From positions 158,284 to 222,283 of the forward strand of contig JBMNFV010000001.1 of the NCBI GenBank assembly GCA_050949505.1: 64,000 nt of DNA. The letters are read 5' to 3'. The notes under the pieces are model-generated. The model saw only the letters and a list, made by a program, of their open reading frames with translations. It had not been told where the DNA came from and ran no database searches. A program made the position numbers and the translations under genes. This document shows, piece after piece, positions 9,494-18,729 of the stretch. The DNA comes from Patescibacteria group bacterium (GTDB lineage Bacteria; Patescibacteriota; Patescibacteriia; Patescibacteriales; UBA12465). Every line of letters starts with the position of its first letter. The first letter of the stretch is position 1.

Positions 9494-9823
9494 ATGTCAA
9501 AAGTAAAAGATATTAATAAGAGTGAGTTTTCTGCTGAAGTGCTAAACAGTGACTTACCAGTCCTGGTAGACTTCTGGGCCCCTTGGTGTATGCCCTGCCG
9601 AATGATGGCCCCAATTTTAGATGACCTAGCTGAAGACTTAGAGGGGAAAATAAAGGTAATGAAGGTTAATACTGAGGAGGGAGAAAACCAGGCCCTAGCC
9701 ATAGAGTATCAAATTCAAAGCATTCCTAATTTAAAATTGTTTAAGGATGGCAAGGTAATCGGAGAGTTTATTGGCCTTAGAGACAAAGATAGTCTTAAGG
9801 GGGAGATAGAAAATATTTTATAA
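9494..9823 (+). CDS. trxA: Thioredoxin
   Basis: 109 aa. VLVDFWAPWCMPCRMMAP, where the active site is CMPC instead of the canonical CGPC. The conserved cis-Pro context IQSIPNLKLFKDG is present. Confidence 0.9.
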   Translation: MSKVKDINKSEFSAEVLNSDLPVLVDFWAPWCMPCRMMAPILDDLAEDLEGKIKVMKVNTEEGENQALAIEYQIQSIPNLKLFKDGKVIGEFIGLRDKDSLKGEIENIL

Positions 9824-9844
9824 TATTAGCAGTCAGTTTTAAAA

Positions 9845-9882
9845 AAAACAAAAAGCCTCGGAATTAATCCGAGGCTTTTGAT
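9845..9882. terminator. Bidirectional rho-independent terminator between trxA and the convergent DsbA-like gene
   Basis: AAGCCTCGGA / TCCGAGGCTT perfect 10-bp stem (9853-9877), with an A-run upstream and a T-run downstream. Confidence 0.8.
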
Positions 9883-9908
9883 TTAAACTCGTTTAATCAG
9901 AGCAAGTT

Positions 9909-10958
9909 TTATTCGCAGGAAACATCAATTGGCATCGCGGCGCCAACGTTGTAGCCAAAGCCAGCGGAGGGGCTAGCGTTGGACAAGATGGTGGCACACT
10001 CCTCAGGAGCCTCATTAAAGGCGCTGCAAATAGTGGCTAATAGAGATGCTGAGTCGCGACTAGTCTGAATGGATTGTCCATTGATAACTAAAGTAGGCGA
10101 TCCACTAACTCCATAAAGGGCATTGTCTTCAGCATAAATATCAAAGCTTGGATAGTTTCCTTGGAAACCTATCTTATTGCGGAAATTATCCATAATTTGG
10201 TATTCTTGATCAGTTTGATTGTAGCAGGTTGCTAGGGCAGTAGCATTAACCTTAGCTTCGGCGACACAACCATCATGGTCACCGTCAGCTAAGAAGCAAG
10301 CGAGGTAGTCTAGATACTTATCGCCCTGTTCCTCCTTAATGCAATGCTGATTGATTTGTTCTACTAACTCCACTTCTCCGTGCATAGCATAGGAGGTGAA
10401 CTTAATTTCAAAATCTATTTTGTCGCCCAAAGTTTCTACAACTGGCAAGATTCCTTTTTCCATTTGGGTGCCGTAAGGGCAATGACTCATAACAAATAAT
10501 TCAACCGAAGGTCGGTCAGATTTGTTAGAAACCATAGCAACGGGCTGAGAACTACCTCCTTCAAGGTCATAAAAATCAGAATAAATTTCACTAATATCAA
10601 AAGCTTGAGGGAAGAAGAGACGGCCATCTTTAGTAAGATAGGACTCAACAACCTCGGTGGTAATATCAACACTCATTTTGTATAGACCATATTCACTAAC
10701 AATTTCTTTAACTCGGGCACGGCCGTCGTCTATCAAGAAAGTGTTAATAAAGTCTTCAGTCTGGGCAATTGCTTCAGACTTGCTAAGAGTCTTGCCAGGC
10801 TTAAGAGCGACTAGATTGCCGCTAGTAGTCTCGCCCTTGTTGCCAGAGCTGTTAATAGATAGGGCAATAATAATGCCCAAAACGGCCACAACCGCCACAG
10901 CAATTAAGAGAGTTGAAATGCTGGTCTTCTGGTTGAGAACAGATTTGATCTTACTCAT
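9909..10958 (-). CDS. Membrane-anchored extracytoplasmic thioredoxin-fold (DsbA-like) oxidoreductase
   Basis: 349 aa. N-terminal TM LLIAVAVVAVLGIIIALS. CxxC in VELFVMSHCPYGTQ. Further Cys pairs lie in the C-terminal half. Confidence 0.6.
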   Translation of the reverse strand: MSKIKSVLNQKTSISTLLIAVAVVAVLGIIIALSINSSGNKGETTSGNLVALKPGKTLSKSEAIAQTEDFINTFLIDDGRARVKEIVSEYGLYKMSVDITTEVVESYLTKDGRLFFPQAFDISEIYSDFYDLEGGSSQPVAMVSNKSDRPSVELFVMSHCPYGTQMEKGILPVVETLGDKIDFEIKFTSYAMHGEVELVEQINQHCIKEEQGDKYLDYLACFLADGDHDGCVAEAKVNATALATCYNQTDQEYQIMDNFRNKIGFQGNYPSFDIYAEDNALYGVSGSPTLVINGQSIQTSRDSASLLATICSAFNEAPEECATILSNASPSAGFGYNVGAAMPIDVSCE

Positions 10959-11037
10959 ATAGTTATTTTATTAGTTTTTAACATTTCTCCTATTATACTA
11001 AATTTTTAAATAATGGTCAAAGGGTTCGGGCTACTTT

Positions 11038-11808
11038 TTATTTCAAAGTAGCTAGCAGCTCAGTAAGCTGAGGAGGTAGGTCAAGATTAAAGGTCTTTTC
11101 TTGTCCAGTTAAAGTAAGAAAACTCAGGGTGTCAGCAACTAAAAATATTCTCCCTAGATTTATTTTTTTATTTCTTAATTTAGATTTTTTATTAAAATAA
11201 AGGTCATCACCAACCAGGGGGTGGCCTAGAGCCAGAAAATGAACCCGAATTTGATGGGTTCGGCCAGTTTTTATTTTAACTCGCACTAAAGAGTGGTTGA
11301 TAAAGTTTTGCAAAACTTGATATTCAGTAATTGCTTCACGAGCCTTAAAAATTCCCTCTAGATTACCCTGGTCTCTATTTTTTGGTTGAGGGCGGTGCAC
11401 AAGGTCAATAACTCCTAGGGGCATGGCGGCCATTTTATAACCACGGCTGGAGCGTTTAATAGGAAAGGTGATAACTCCTGACTTCTGAGAGGGATTGCCA
11501 TGAACCAGGGCTAAGTATTCTTTATTGACTTTACGGTCTTTAAATTGTTTTTTTAAGTCAGTAAAACTAACTTGAGTTTTGGCAATAACCATTAGGCCGC
11601 TAACTTCTTTATCTAAGCGCTGCACGAGGCCAGGTCGGAGAGGATCATCCCCCACAGCTTTAATATCAGGATAATGAAGTAAGAGCCAGTCACTTAAAGT
11701 GGCCTCTTCTATTCCTGGTCCTCCATGAACAATTAGTCCAGCGGGCTTATCAATTACCAAATAGTGATCGTCTTCAAAAATTATTTTAATTTCAGGTAAG
11801 TTGGTCAT
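11038..11808 (-). CDS. RluA-family pseudouridine synthase
   Basis: 256 aa. Catalytic motif VQRLDKEVSGLMVIAK, plus RTHQIRVH. No N-terminal S4 domain. Confidence 0.85.
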   Translation of the reverse strand: MTNLPEIKIIFEDDHYLVIDKPAGLIVHGGPGIEEATLSDWLLLHYPDIKAVGDDPLRPGLVQRLDKEVSGLMVIAKTQVSFTDLKKQFKDRKVNKEYLALVHGNPSQKSGVITFPIKRSSRGYKMAAMPLGVIDLVHRPQPKNRDQGNLEGIFKAREAITEYQVLQNFINHSLVRVKIKTGRTHQIRVHFLALGHPLVGDDLYFNKKSKLRNKKINLGRIFLVADTLSFLTLTGQEKTFNLDLPPQLTELLATLK

Positions 11809-11837
11809 AAGAATAAAAATTAAGTGAATAAATAAAA

Positions 11838-13319
11838 CTACAACTTATCAGTCCGGTAAGTTGGGGTCGTTTCTTTTATAGATTTAGCAAAGATCGCTCT
11901 TAAGTCTTGCGAGCTAAAGCCTTTAAATAAAAATAAAAAGATGAAATAAGTTAGGCTAGCCACAGTCAAGATTAGAAACAAGCTCCCGAGAGAGTAGAAG
12001 CTGGCTGGAGGAAAAATAAAGAGAAGGGCTCCCATTAGTAGCCCGGCTAGCAAAGACTTTCCGAGAGTTTTTAGATTTGGTAAAAAGTGACTATATTTAA
12101 AAACACAATAAACTGAGAAGAACATCATTAACACCTCACTATAGACCGCAACAGCTGCCGCTCCCAGGTAGGAATATTTAGAAATAAGCAGGAAGTAGGC
12201 GAGTAGGGAGCTAAAGCCAGTGAAGGCATAAAAACCAATTAGCTTCTTTTGTTTGTTTAAGGCAACCACAGCGTGAGTTAAAATAGTACTAATGAAGGTG
12301 GCGGCCACCGAGAAGATTAGGATCTTTAAAATAATTCCCGCTGGCCTAAAGTCAGTGCCAGCCACAAGGGTCATAATGGGGGTAGCGAGAAATTGGGCGC
12401 CAATTAAAAGAGGCACAGCCAAGATAATCATTAGGTCTAGAGATTTCTGCAGAACCTTAAAGAAGGTGGCTTGATTTTTTTGCAGCCAAGCACTAGTTAA
12501 AATAGGCAGGACTAAGCCAGCAAACATAAAAGGTAGAGTGGCTAAGACATCAATAATACGATAGGCAGCCCCGTAAAGACCAACGGCTTCTGGCTCCTTA
12601 AAGATAGATAGTAGCAAGATGTCAGAGCGTAGGTAGATTAAATTAAGAATAATAGTAAGGGCTAGGGGCCAAGCACGGTGAATAATGGTTTTCCAGAGAG
12701 AAAAGTCGTAGGCAAAGCGAATGGTAGCAAATTTAATAGCGAGTAAGAAGTGAAGCAAAAAGCTAATTAAGCCAGAGGCAAGGGTTGCTAACAAGATGCC
12801 CACTAATCCGCCGCCAACTAATTCACTGATAATAATTCCGACTAATAAGGCTACCCGACTAAGCACCTCAGCTAAGGTGGCTCGCCCCATGCTAAGTTTC
12901 TTTTGAAAAAGACCAATTAAGACCTGATTAAGGGCGGGAAAAACAAAGGCTAAGGCGGTGATTAGCACTCCCAATCTAACTAGCTGACTATAAGGAAAGA
13001 AATAAACTACTATTGGCGCTAAACCAATTAGAAGTAGGGCGGAGACTAGGCGAAGACTGAATAGATTGCTTAAAATCTTTTCTTCTTCTTGCCTGCTCTT
13101 AGTTCCGCTAATCATTTGTACAGTGACTAGAGTTAGACCAAAGTCAGCGATCACTGCAAAAAAAGTTAAAAAAGTATTAATAGTAGTATAGTCACCAAAG
13201 CCAGCTTGACCTAAATAGCGGGTCATTAGGGCCAAAGAAAAAATGCCCAGAATTGTAGAAACAATTTTGCCGATAATTTGCACTAGGGTGTTTTGGGCGA
13301 CTTTTTTAGCGAGACTCAT
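11838..13319 (-). CDS. MOP-superfamily flippase (Wzx/MurJ-like polysaccharide or lipid-linked oligosaccharide exporter)
   Basis: 493 aa with about 14 predicted TM helices. N-terminal KKVAQNTLVQIIGKIVSTILG is typical of polysaccharide biosynthesis flippases. Confidence 0.7.
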   Translation of the reverse strand: MSLAKKVAQNTLVQIIGKIVSTILGIFSLALMTRYLGQAGFGDYTTINTFLTFFAVIADFGLTLVTVQMISGTKSRQEEEKILSNLFSLRLVSALLLIGLAPIVVYFFPYSQLVRLGVLITALAFVFPALNQVLIGLFQKKLSMGRATLAEVLSRVALLVGIIISELVGGGLVGILLATLASGLISFLLHFLLAIKFATIRFAYDFSLWKTIIHRAWPLALTIILNLIYLRSDILLLSIFKEPEAVGLYGAAYRIIDVLATLPFMFAGLVLPILTSAWLQKNQATFFKVLQKSLDLMIILAVPLLIGAQFLATPIMTLVAGTDFRPAGIILKILIFSVAATFISTILTHAVVALNKQKKLIGFYAFTGFSSLLAYFLLISKYSYLGAAAVAVYSEVLMMFFSVYCVFKYSHFLPNLKTLGKSLLAGLLMGALLFIFPPASFYSLGSLFLILTVASLTYFIFLFLFKGFSSQDLRAIFAKSIKETTPTYRTDKL

Positions 13320-13427
13320 TTTTCCTTGTCTTTTTTACGCTTATTTAATATAATAAGAATAGGATTTTGCACAAAAGGGTTAACGCTAATAAATCCTATT
13401 TATAACTAAAGAAATTATAGCACATTT

Positions 13428-13856
13428 ATGTCACTTACAAGAAAGAAAGCTTTATCATTTTGCAGTTTGCTATCCTTAACCTTGGTTATTGTCGTTGGCT
13501 ATAGCCTGATTCCCAGTCTAGCCTTGGCTGATGAGACATTATTTAGTCAACAAGAGGGAATGAAGGAGTTGGGAAAATTATTTCCTAGTGGATCAGGTGA
13601 GCCGGATATAAGAATAACGATAGTACAAATAATTAGGGTGGCGATCGGGATGATTGGGGCAATATTTTTAGCCTTAATGGTGTTTGCCGGATTTCAATAC
13701 ATGACCTCCGCTGGCAATGAGGAAAAGACTAAAAAGTCTTTAGGTTTAATCAAAAACGCAGTGATCGGCCTAATTATTGTTATGGCCTCTTGGATCATCA
13801 CTAGTGCGATGATAAGATATATTTTCCTAGCAGTAAATAACCAAAGGCAACTTTAG
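13428..13856 (+). CDS. Small secreted two-TM protein resembling the TrbC/VirB2-like T4SS-pilin family common in Patescibacteria
   Basis: 142 aa. Signal/TM, then IGAIFLALMVFAGFQYMTSAGNEEKTKKSLGLIKNAVIGLIIVMASW. This is the hydrophobic - AG..MTSAGNEEK - hydrophobic pattern I recall for that family. Confidence 0.5.
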   Translation: MSLTRKKALSFCSLLSLTLVIVVGYSLIPSLALADETLFSQQEGMKELGKLFPSGSGEPDIRITIVQIIRVAIGMIGAIFLALMVFAGFQYMTSAGNEEKTKKSLGLIKNAVIGLIIVMASWIITSAMIRYIFLAVNNQRQL

Positions 13857-13884
13857 TAATACAAAGGAAAAGAATGATTTAATT

Positions 13885-13912
13885 TTGACAAAATATATTA
13901 ATCTGTTATAAT
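13885..13912 (+). promoter_or_regulatory. Promoter upstream of nusA
   Basis: TTGACA (13885-13890), 16 nt spacer, TATAAT (13907-13912). Confidence 0.55.
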
Positions 13913-13992
13913 AAAAATACTAAGCTAGTTGTTTCCTACAATTAGCTTTTCTCTTAATTAAACGCCAGTTAGGCGATTTAGTGTAAAAATAT

Positions 13993-15315
13993 ATGTCAGA
14001 TATTAATACAGCCATTAGGCTTTTATGTGAAGAAAAGAATTTGGACTATGACTCAGTTATTTCAGCAATAGAATTAGCCTTGGCGGCCGCTTATCGCAAA
14101 GACTACGGAGAACGTAATCAAAATATTAGAGTTAAGTTTAACCCTGAAGATGGCTCATCACAGGTTTTTGACGTTAAAATGGTGGTTGATAACTTGCCCG
14201 CTGAAGAGGAGGCGGAGATGTTAAAAAATTTATATAATCCTGAGCCAAGGAAGATGAAAAAAGAGGAGTACAGTGAGGAAACCAAGAGCTTCCATGAGGT
14301 AGAAGAAGAGTCAGAGGAGGAAGAGAAGAAAAAGTTTAATCCCCGGACTGATATTCAAATAAAGGAAGCGATGATTTTAAAGCACGGTGCTCAAATTGGC
14401 GATGAGATAGTAACTGACTTACCTATTCCTGAAAGCTACGGACGAATGGCCGCTCAAACGGCTAAGCAGGTAATTATTCAAAAACTAAGAGAGATGGAGC
14501 GAGATATGGTTTTTGATGAGTTTAAGGATAAGGAGCAAGAGGTAGTTTCAGGGGTGATTCAAAGACAGGAGGGGAGATTTGTTTTTGTAGACTTAGGCAA
14601 GGCGGTGGGAATTATTCCAGTAGAAGAACAAATTTACAGCGAGCCTTATGTGCCTGGCAATAGGATTAAAGTATTTATTAAAGAAGTGCGAGAAGGACAT
14701 CGGGGTCCAGAGATAATTCTTTCTCGTCGGAGTGAAGAAATTTTAAAGAAAGTGTTTTATCTAGAGATCCCGGAAATAGCTAATGGCTTAGTGGAGATTA
14801 AGGCAGTGGCCCGAGAAGCGGGCTCAAGGTCTAAGGTGGCAATTTGGACTGAGGCAGAAAATGTTGATCCAGTTGGTTCTTGTGTTGGACAGCGAGGTAG
14901 TCGCATCCAGACTATTATCAGTGAGCTAAATGGGGAGAAGATAGATATTATTGAATACGATGAGGAACCAGTTAGATTTATTGCCAACTCCTTAGCTCCA
15001 GCTAAAGTGGTTTCTATAGAATTAGATGAAGAGGAGCATAAAGCAATTGTCAAAGTTGATTCAGATAAATTATCTTTAGCAATTGGTAAAAATGGTCAAA
15101 ATGTTCGTTTGGCAGCCCGGTTAACTGGTTGGAAAATAGATATTATTGAAGAAACTGATAGTGGTGAAGAAAAGAAGGTGGTGGCCAGTGATGGAGAGAG
15201 TACCGAAATGACAACTGAGGACTCGGTAGAAACAGTAAGCGAAGAAGAGAAGTTAGAGGTCGGTAAAGAGATTGATGCAAAAGAGCAAGAAGAAGCAGAA
15301 GAGGTTGAAAAATAA
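13993..15315 (+). CDS. nusA: Transcription termination/antitermination factor NusA
   Basis: 440 aa with NTD, S1 and two KH domains (GSCVGQRGSRIQ, IGKNGQNVRLA). It also has an acidic insertion in the NTD and an acidic C-terminal tail. Confidence 0.9.
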   Translation: MSDINTAIRLLCEEKNLDYDSVISAIELALAAAYRKDYGERNQNIRVKFNPEDGSSQVFDVKMVVDNLPAEEEAEMLKNLYNPEPRKMKKEEYSEETKSFHEVEEESEEEEKKKFNPRTDIQIKEAMILKHGAQIGDEIVTDLPIPESYGRMAAQTAKQVIIQKLREMERDMVFDEFKDKEQEVVSGVIQRQEGRFVFVDLGKAVGIIPVEEQIYSEPYVPGNRIKVFIKEVREGHRGPEIILSRRSEEILKKVFYLEIPEIANGLVEIKAVAREAGSRSKVAIWTEAENVDPVGSCVGQRGSRIQTIISELNGEKIDIIEYDEEPVRFIANSLAPAKVVSIELDEEEHKAIVKVDSDKLSLAIGKNGQNVRLAARLTGWKIDIIEETDSGEEKKVVASDGESTEMTTEDSVETVSEEEKLEVGKEIDAKEQEEAEEVEK

Positions 15316-15355
15316 TTTTTAAATTACAAATAATTAAGTCATAAAATATAAATCT

Positions 15356-17377
15356 ATGATGATAACTCTATTTATTTTAGGAGGAGCTTTGCTGGCGCTA
15401 GTTTATGGTGGACTGGCAATTTCAGCAATCTTAAGACTACCAAGTGGTAATGATAAGATGAAAGAAATAGCGCAAGCTATTCAAGCGGGAGCCAAGGCTT
15501 TTCTAAATCGCCAATATCGATCAGTGGCCATTGTTGCGGTGGTCCTCTTTTTAGTAATTGGCTTTATCCCCGCTCTAGGTTGGAAAACAGCTCTAGCCTT
15601 TATTATCGGAGCGTTTCTATCAGCCCTCACTGGCTATATCGGAATGTTTGTTAGCGTGAGAGCTAATGTTAGAACTACTGAAGCGGCCCGAGGTGGACTT
15701 AAGAAAGCAATGAAGGTTGCGGTAAGGGGTGGTAGCGTCACTGGCATGTTGGTGGTTGGCTTAGCGTTAGCAGGAACAGCCGGTTTTTACCTAATCACCA
15801 AAGACCTTCAGGCCTTAATTGGCTTTGCCTTTGGAGGCTCATTAATCTCTATTTTCGCTCGACTAGGAGGGGGTATTTATACTAAAGCCGCTGATGTGGG
15901 GGCGGACTTAGTTGGCAAGGTGGAAGCCTCTATTCCTGAAGATGACCCTCGTAATCCAGCGGTTATTGCTGATAATGTTGGTGATAATGTTGGCGATTGT
16001 GCGGGAATGGCCGCCGACCTATTTGAAACTTATGCTGTAACCCTAATTGCCGCCATGGTACTAGGCTCTTTAGAATTTGTAGGTAATCATAATATTTTAT
16101 TATACCCCCTAGCTTTGGGAGGAATTTCAATTATCGGTTCAATTATTGGTATCTTCTTTATTAGATTAGGCAAGAAAAATAATATTATGCGCGCCTTATA
16201 CAAGGGCTTGATTGCTTCGGGAGTAATTGCCGCCATTACTTTTTATCCTTTAACCAAATACTTAATAGCTGGAGAGGGAGTAGCGGAAGGCCTAAGTTTA
16301 AGGGTATATTTAGCCGCATTGATTGGCTTGGTGGTAACTGGACTCTTAGTTATTATTACTGAATACTATACCTCTACAGCCTATAAGCCCGTGCAAGGAA
16401 TTGCTGAGGCCTCTAAAACTGGTCACGGCACAAATGTGATAGCTGGTTTAGCGGTCTCAATGAAATCAACTGCGCTACCAATTCTCGTTATTGGCGCAGC
16501 GATCTTAGGGGCATTTTCTTTAGCCGGTCTATATGGAATAGCAATTGCAGCAATGGCGATGCTATCTATGGCCGGCATTATTGTCACCATTGATGCTTAT
16601 GGACCAATTACTGACAATGCTGGCGGTATTGCTGAGATGGCGGAGTTGGGAGAGGACGTGAGAAATATTACTGACCCCTTAGATGCGGTTGGCAATACCA
16701 CTAAGGCCGTGACTAAGGGCTATGCCATTGGTTCAGCCGCCCTAGCTGCTCTAGTGCTCTTTGCGGATTTTACTCATAAAATAGGGGGAGGAGAAAGTGC
16801 TAAATTTTTAATTGATAACCCTTACGTTTTAGTGGGACTATTTATCGGTGGCGCCCTGCCATATATCTTTGGAGCAATGTCAATGCAGGCTGTTGGTAAA
16901 GCGGCGGGTTCAGTAGTTGAAGATGTTCGCAATCAATTTAAGGAAAAAACCGGCATTATGACTGGAGAAGAAAAGCCAGACTATGGCCGAACAGTAGATA
17001 TTGTTACTAAAGCGGCTATTAAAGAGATGATTATTCCAGCCCTAATTCCAGTGGTAATTCCAATTATTATTGGCTTTGGCTTTAATCTTATTAAAGCGGG
17101 AGCAGGCATTGAGGCTCTAGGAGGACTTTTGGTCGGTTCAATTATTACCGGAATCTTCGTCGCTATTTCCATGACCTCTGGGGGAGGAGCTTGGGATAAT
17201 GCTAAAAAGTATATTGAATTAGGCTTCTTTGGTGGTAAGGGCTCAGAGGCTCATAAGGCCGCCGTTACTGGCGATACGGTTGGTGATCCTTATAAGGATA
17301 CCGCTGGGCCAGCGATTAACCCTATGATTAAGGTCTTAAATATAGTTGCCCTGCTAATCGTCGGCCTACTGCTCTAA
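15356..17377 (+). CDS. hppA: Membrane-bound proton-translocating pyrophosphatase
   Basis: 673 aa. Motifs: [39 protein letters not shown] has Lys at the A/K switch, which indicates the K+-independent type by the published rule. Confidence 0.95.
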   Translation: MMITLFILGGALLALVYGGLAISAILRLPSGNDKMKEIAQAIQAGAKAFLNRQYRSVAIVAVVLFLVIGFIPALGWKTALAFIIGAFLSALTGYIGMFVSVRANVRTTEAARGGLKKAMKVAVRGGSVTGMLVVGLALAGTAGFYLITKDLQALIGFAFGGSLISIFARLGGGIYTKAADVGADLVGKVEASIPEDDPRNPAVIADNVGDNVGDCAGMAADLFETYAVTLIAAMVLGSLEFVGNHNILLYPLALGGISIIGSIIGIFFIRLGKKNNIMRALYKGLIASGVIAAITFYPLTKYLIAGEGVAEGLSLRVYLAALIGLVVTGLLVIITEYYTSTAYKPVQGIAEASKTGHGTNVIAGLAVSMKSTALPILVIGAAILGAFSLAGLYGIAIAAMAMLSMAGIIVTIDAYGPITDNAGGIAEMAELGEDVRNITDPLDAVGNTTKAVTKGYAIGSAALAALVLFADFTHKIGGGESAKFLIDNPYVLVGLFIGGALPYIFGAMSMQAVGKAAGSVVEDVRNQFKEKTGIMTGEEKPDYGRTVDIVTKAAIKEMIIPALIPVVIPIIIGFGFNLIKAGAGIEALGGLLVGSIITGIFVAISMTSGGGAWDNAKKYIELGFFGGKGSEAHKAAVTGDTVGDPYKDTAGPAINPMIKVLNIVALLIVGLLL

Positions 17378-17401
17378 AAACAATTTAAGTTAGTTAAAAC
17401 A

Positions 17402-17435
17402 AAATGCTCCCTAAATAATTAAGGGAGCATTTTTG
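17402..17435 (+). terminator. Rho-independent terminator after hppA
   Basis: ATGCTCCCT...AGGGAGCAT stem followed by TTTTT. Confidence 0.8.
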
Positions 17436-17499
17436 TAAGCATTGATTATAATTTTTTGCTAAAAATAATTAAGATTTGGGTTAGAATTTCACAAAACCC

Positions 17500-17528
17500 T
17501 TGACTTCTTATTGTAAATATGGCAGAAT
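17500..17528 (+). promoter_or_regulatory. Promoter of orphan gene 17578..18573
   Basis: TTGACT (17500-17505), 17 nt spacer, CAGAAT (17523-17528), preceded by AAAACCC. Confidence 0.45.
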
Positions 17529-17577
17529 AGGACATTAAAAATAAATAGTATATTAACAACTAAATAAAATAAAAAAA

Positions 17578-18573
17578 ATGATAAACATTTTAGTTGACTC
17601 AAGACACCCGGAGCTAGTCATCCCGGCCACGGTATTTATATACCAAAATAGGGGAAAATATAGAGATGAACAATTCTCTATCATCCCCGTTCAAGCCTCT
17701 GACCTTGATACCGACTTTTTAAAAGTCTATCAAGGGTTAGATAGAGAATTAACTGACCTAGCCGGAGGCCAGCCCTTTTCCCAAAGCCGAGGAGGTGAAA
17801 ATAAGTTTATCATTTTCGGGATTTATCCCGAGAACAAGAAGGAGGAGCAAAAAATAGCTTACTTCTTTGATAAACATTCCGATAATATAGTTTTATGGCT
17901 AGACAATCATCCCTGGCCAGGAAACTTATTAAGATTTTTAACCTCACAAAATCCTGAGGTTAAAGTGGACAACACTAAAACCATTCTGGAGCTATATGCT
18001 CAGGTGAGTGGAATTGAAGATGAAATGAGCGATGAGTGGCTCGAGATTGAGGAGGCTCTAAAGTATAAAAACATTAACCAGCCCCTGGCAGGCAGGTTTC
18101 TTAAAAATTTTAGGATTTTTGAAGAATACTTAAGCGATAGCTTAAGTGCTAGGACGGAACTGTTTCTCTTAAGCAATTCTATTGCTATAGAATTGCTGTC
18201 CGGAGAAGAGAACCTAGGCTTAACCGAGGGAGAGAATATGTATGAAAGAGAGCTAAAGCCTCAGTATAACTTCTCTGAGAAATTTAGCGACTCCTTGCCA
18301 ATATTGTCCGAGGCAAAAAAAGCCGGGAGGTCCATTGGATTTCTCTGGCTGGACAATCCTCCGGCCTACCTTGATGCCCAAGAGGCAATTGATCAGGGAC
18401 TAAAAAGGTTCCCTTGGCTCTGCGTCCTTGGGTTTAAAATTAATAATACGAACCACATTTGGTTTGGCTCCAAAGTAGTTCCCTTGATTAGAGGGAGCGC
18501 TAGAGGAGCTAGCGTAAGAAATGTGGAAAAGTTTTTGAGAGTAATCCAGTTGGATATTCTCAAGATGAAATAA
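17578..18573 (+). CDS. Hypothetical cytoplasmic protein with no family recognised
   Basis: 331 aa ORF with its own promoter and terminator. No TM or signal peptide. By eye there is only a weak parallel to the DHH phosphoesterase motif order (ILVDSRHPE / FIIFGIYP / LWLDNHPW), with catalytic residues replaced. Confidence 0.55.
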   Translation: MINILVDSRHPELVIPATVFIYQNRGKYRDEQFSIIPVQASDLDTDFLKVYQGLDRELTDLAGGQPFSQSRGGENKFIIFGIYPENKKEEQKIAYFFDKHSDNIVLWLDNHPWPGNLLRFLTSQNPEVKVDNTKTILELYAQVSGIEDEMSDEWLEIEEALKYKNINQPLAGRFLKNFRIFEEYLSDSLSARTELFLLSNSIAIELLSGEENLGLTEGENMYERELKPQYNFSEKFSDSLPILSEAKKAGRSIGFLWLDNPPAYLDAQEAIDQGLKRFPWLCVLGFKINNTNHIWFGSKVVPLIRGSARGASVRNVEKFLRVIQLDILKMK

Positions 18574-18577
18574 AAAT

Positions 18578-18606
18578 AAAAGCGGTTTTAAAGCCGCTTT
18601 TTTCTT
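18578..18606 (+). terminator. Rho-independent terminator
   Basis: AAAGCGG...CCGCTTT stem followed by a T-run. Confidence 0.75.
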
Positions 18607-18626
18607 TACTATAAACAATACTTAAC

Positions 18627-18655
18627 TTGATTTTTCTTAGTAATGATAATATACT
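18627..18655 (+). promoter_or_regulatory. Promoter upstream of tig
   Basis: TTGATT (18627-18632), 17 nt spacer, TATACT (18650-18655). Confidence 0.45.
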
Positions 18656-18729
18656 GAGAATGCTAATAAAATTAATTAATGAACTTAAACTCACTTAAGA
18701 CGAGTTAGTTTTTCTTAATAAAATTACCT

